This document shows, piece by piece, positions 63,627 through 64,000 of a DNA stretch of 64,000 bases. Below the pieces are notes generated by a model. That model worked only from the letters and a program-made list of their open reading frames with translations, was not told the origin of the DNA and ran no database searches. Within the stretch, counting starts at the first letter, position 1, and each line of letters begins with the position of its first letter. Location of the stretch: the NCBI GenBank assembly GCA_963663025.1, contig OY760073.1, positions 1,897,354-1,961,353 on the forward strand, written 5' to 3'. The position numbers and the translations under genes were made by a program. The stretch is from Dehalococcoidia bacterium. GTDB lineage: Bacteria; Chloroflexota; Dehalococcoidia; Lucifugimonadales; JAGWBF01.

Positions 63627-63756
63627 GGCATGCCCCCCAAGTAGGCCCAGTCTATTACACCCCCGTTTTGTTTACCAGTCAGCCGGATGGGTAGTAAGAT
63701 TCCGGCGTGCCAACGCCTGTAACGAACTGCCACATTGCCGGACAACTGCGACAAAC

Positions 63757-64000
63757 ATGACTGAAGACTACCTGACTTTGGACACCAGCCCCCCGGGGGT
63801 GCCTTGGGGGGCGAGGCACGTCGTCCTGGGTGTTCTGCTCTTCATAGGCTGCCTCCTGGTTGCCATCACCCTGTACGAGGCGGCCAAGTGGGCCCTGGGC
63901 GTGGACCCCGGCCTGGAGTACGACCTGGTTATCCTGGGGATAATCATCTCCGTACTCATGCTCGTTGCAGCGTGGGACATGGGCCCGCGCGCCCACAAGA
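63757..64000 (+). CDS. membrane protein, 5' partial (runs off window)
   Basis: ATG 63757; MTEDYLTLDTSPPGVPWGARHVVLGVLLFIGCLLVAITLY...; open to the window end, GC3-rich, two hydrophobic helices. The minus-strand track ORFs here look like shadows. Confidence 0.45.
   Translation, partial: MTEDYLTLDTSPPGVPWGARHVVLGVLLFIGCLLVAITLYEAAKWALGVDPGLEYDLVILGIIISVLMLVAAWDMGPRAHK

Overview
Visibly high-G+C bacterial chromosomal window with three zones. (1) 0-19.3 kb: housekeeping genes (ribH, tilS, a histidine phosphatase), then a complete hopanoid biosynthesis cluster (polyprenyl synthase, hpnH, hpnG, hpnA, shc, hpnC, hpnD, hpnE). This cluster is translationally coupled to five extra genes: a 2-hydroxyacid dehydrogenase, an FGGY kinase, a class II aldolase, a 122-aa protein and an SDR epimerase. 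(2) 19.3-46.5 kb: an accessory-looking stretch where almost every transcription unit is separated by 0.3-1.5 kb mosaic arrays. The arrays are built from at least five families of short palindromic (REP/BIME-like) modules. Embedded here are: a small-protein plus retropepsin-like aspartic protease pair bounded by a 57-nt duplication of the neighbouring gene's 3' end; a STAS-GHKL ATPase gene split in frame by a 1983-bp IS (about 20-bp terminal inverted repeats, 8-bp target duplication) with a DUF4325-like STAS partner downstream; a 1231-aa acidic surface protein; two PT-linker surface proteins; hrcA; pepN; an MBL hydrolase; an LLM oxidoreductase; and a polysaccharide deacetylase. (3) 46.6-64 kb: housekeeping (fmdB-like, dtd, nadC, nadA, miaB, tRNA-Ser(GCU), MFS, lrp, aconitase, hemQ, sulfite/nitrite reductase, acyl-CoA synthetase, rarA). 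Gene content (HemQ, LLM-type enzyme, C-terminally anchored PT-linker proteins) hints at a monoderm-type lineage such as Chloroflexota, but that is inference only. Many long ORFs in the six-frame track are antisense or off-frame shadows of real genes, or translations of the repeat arrays, and were not called. All family assignments rest on motifs recognised by eye; no database search was possible.
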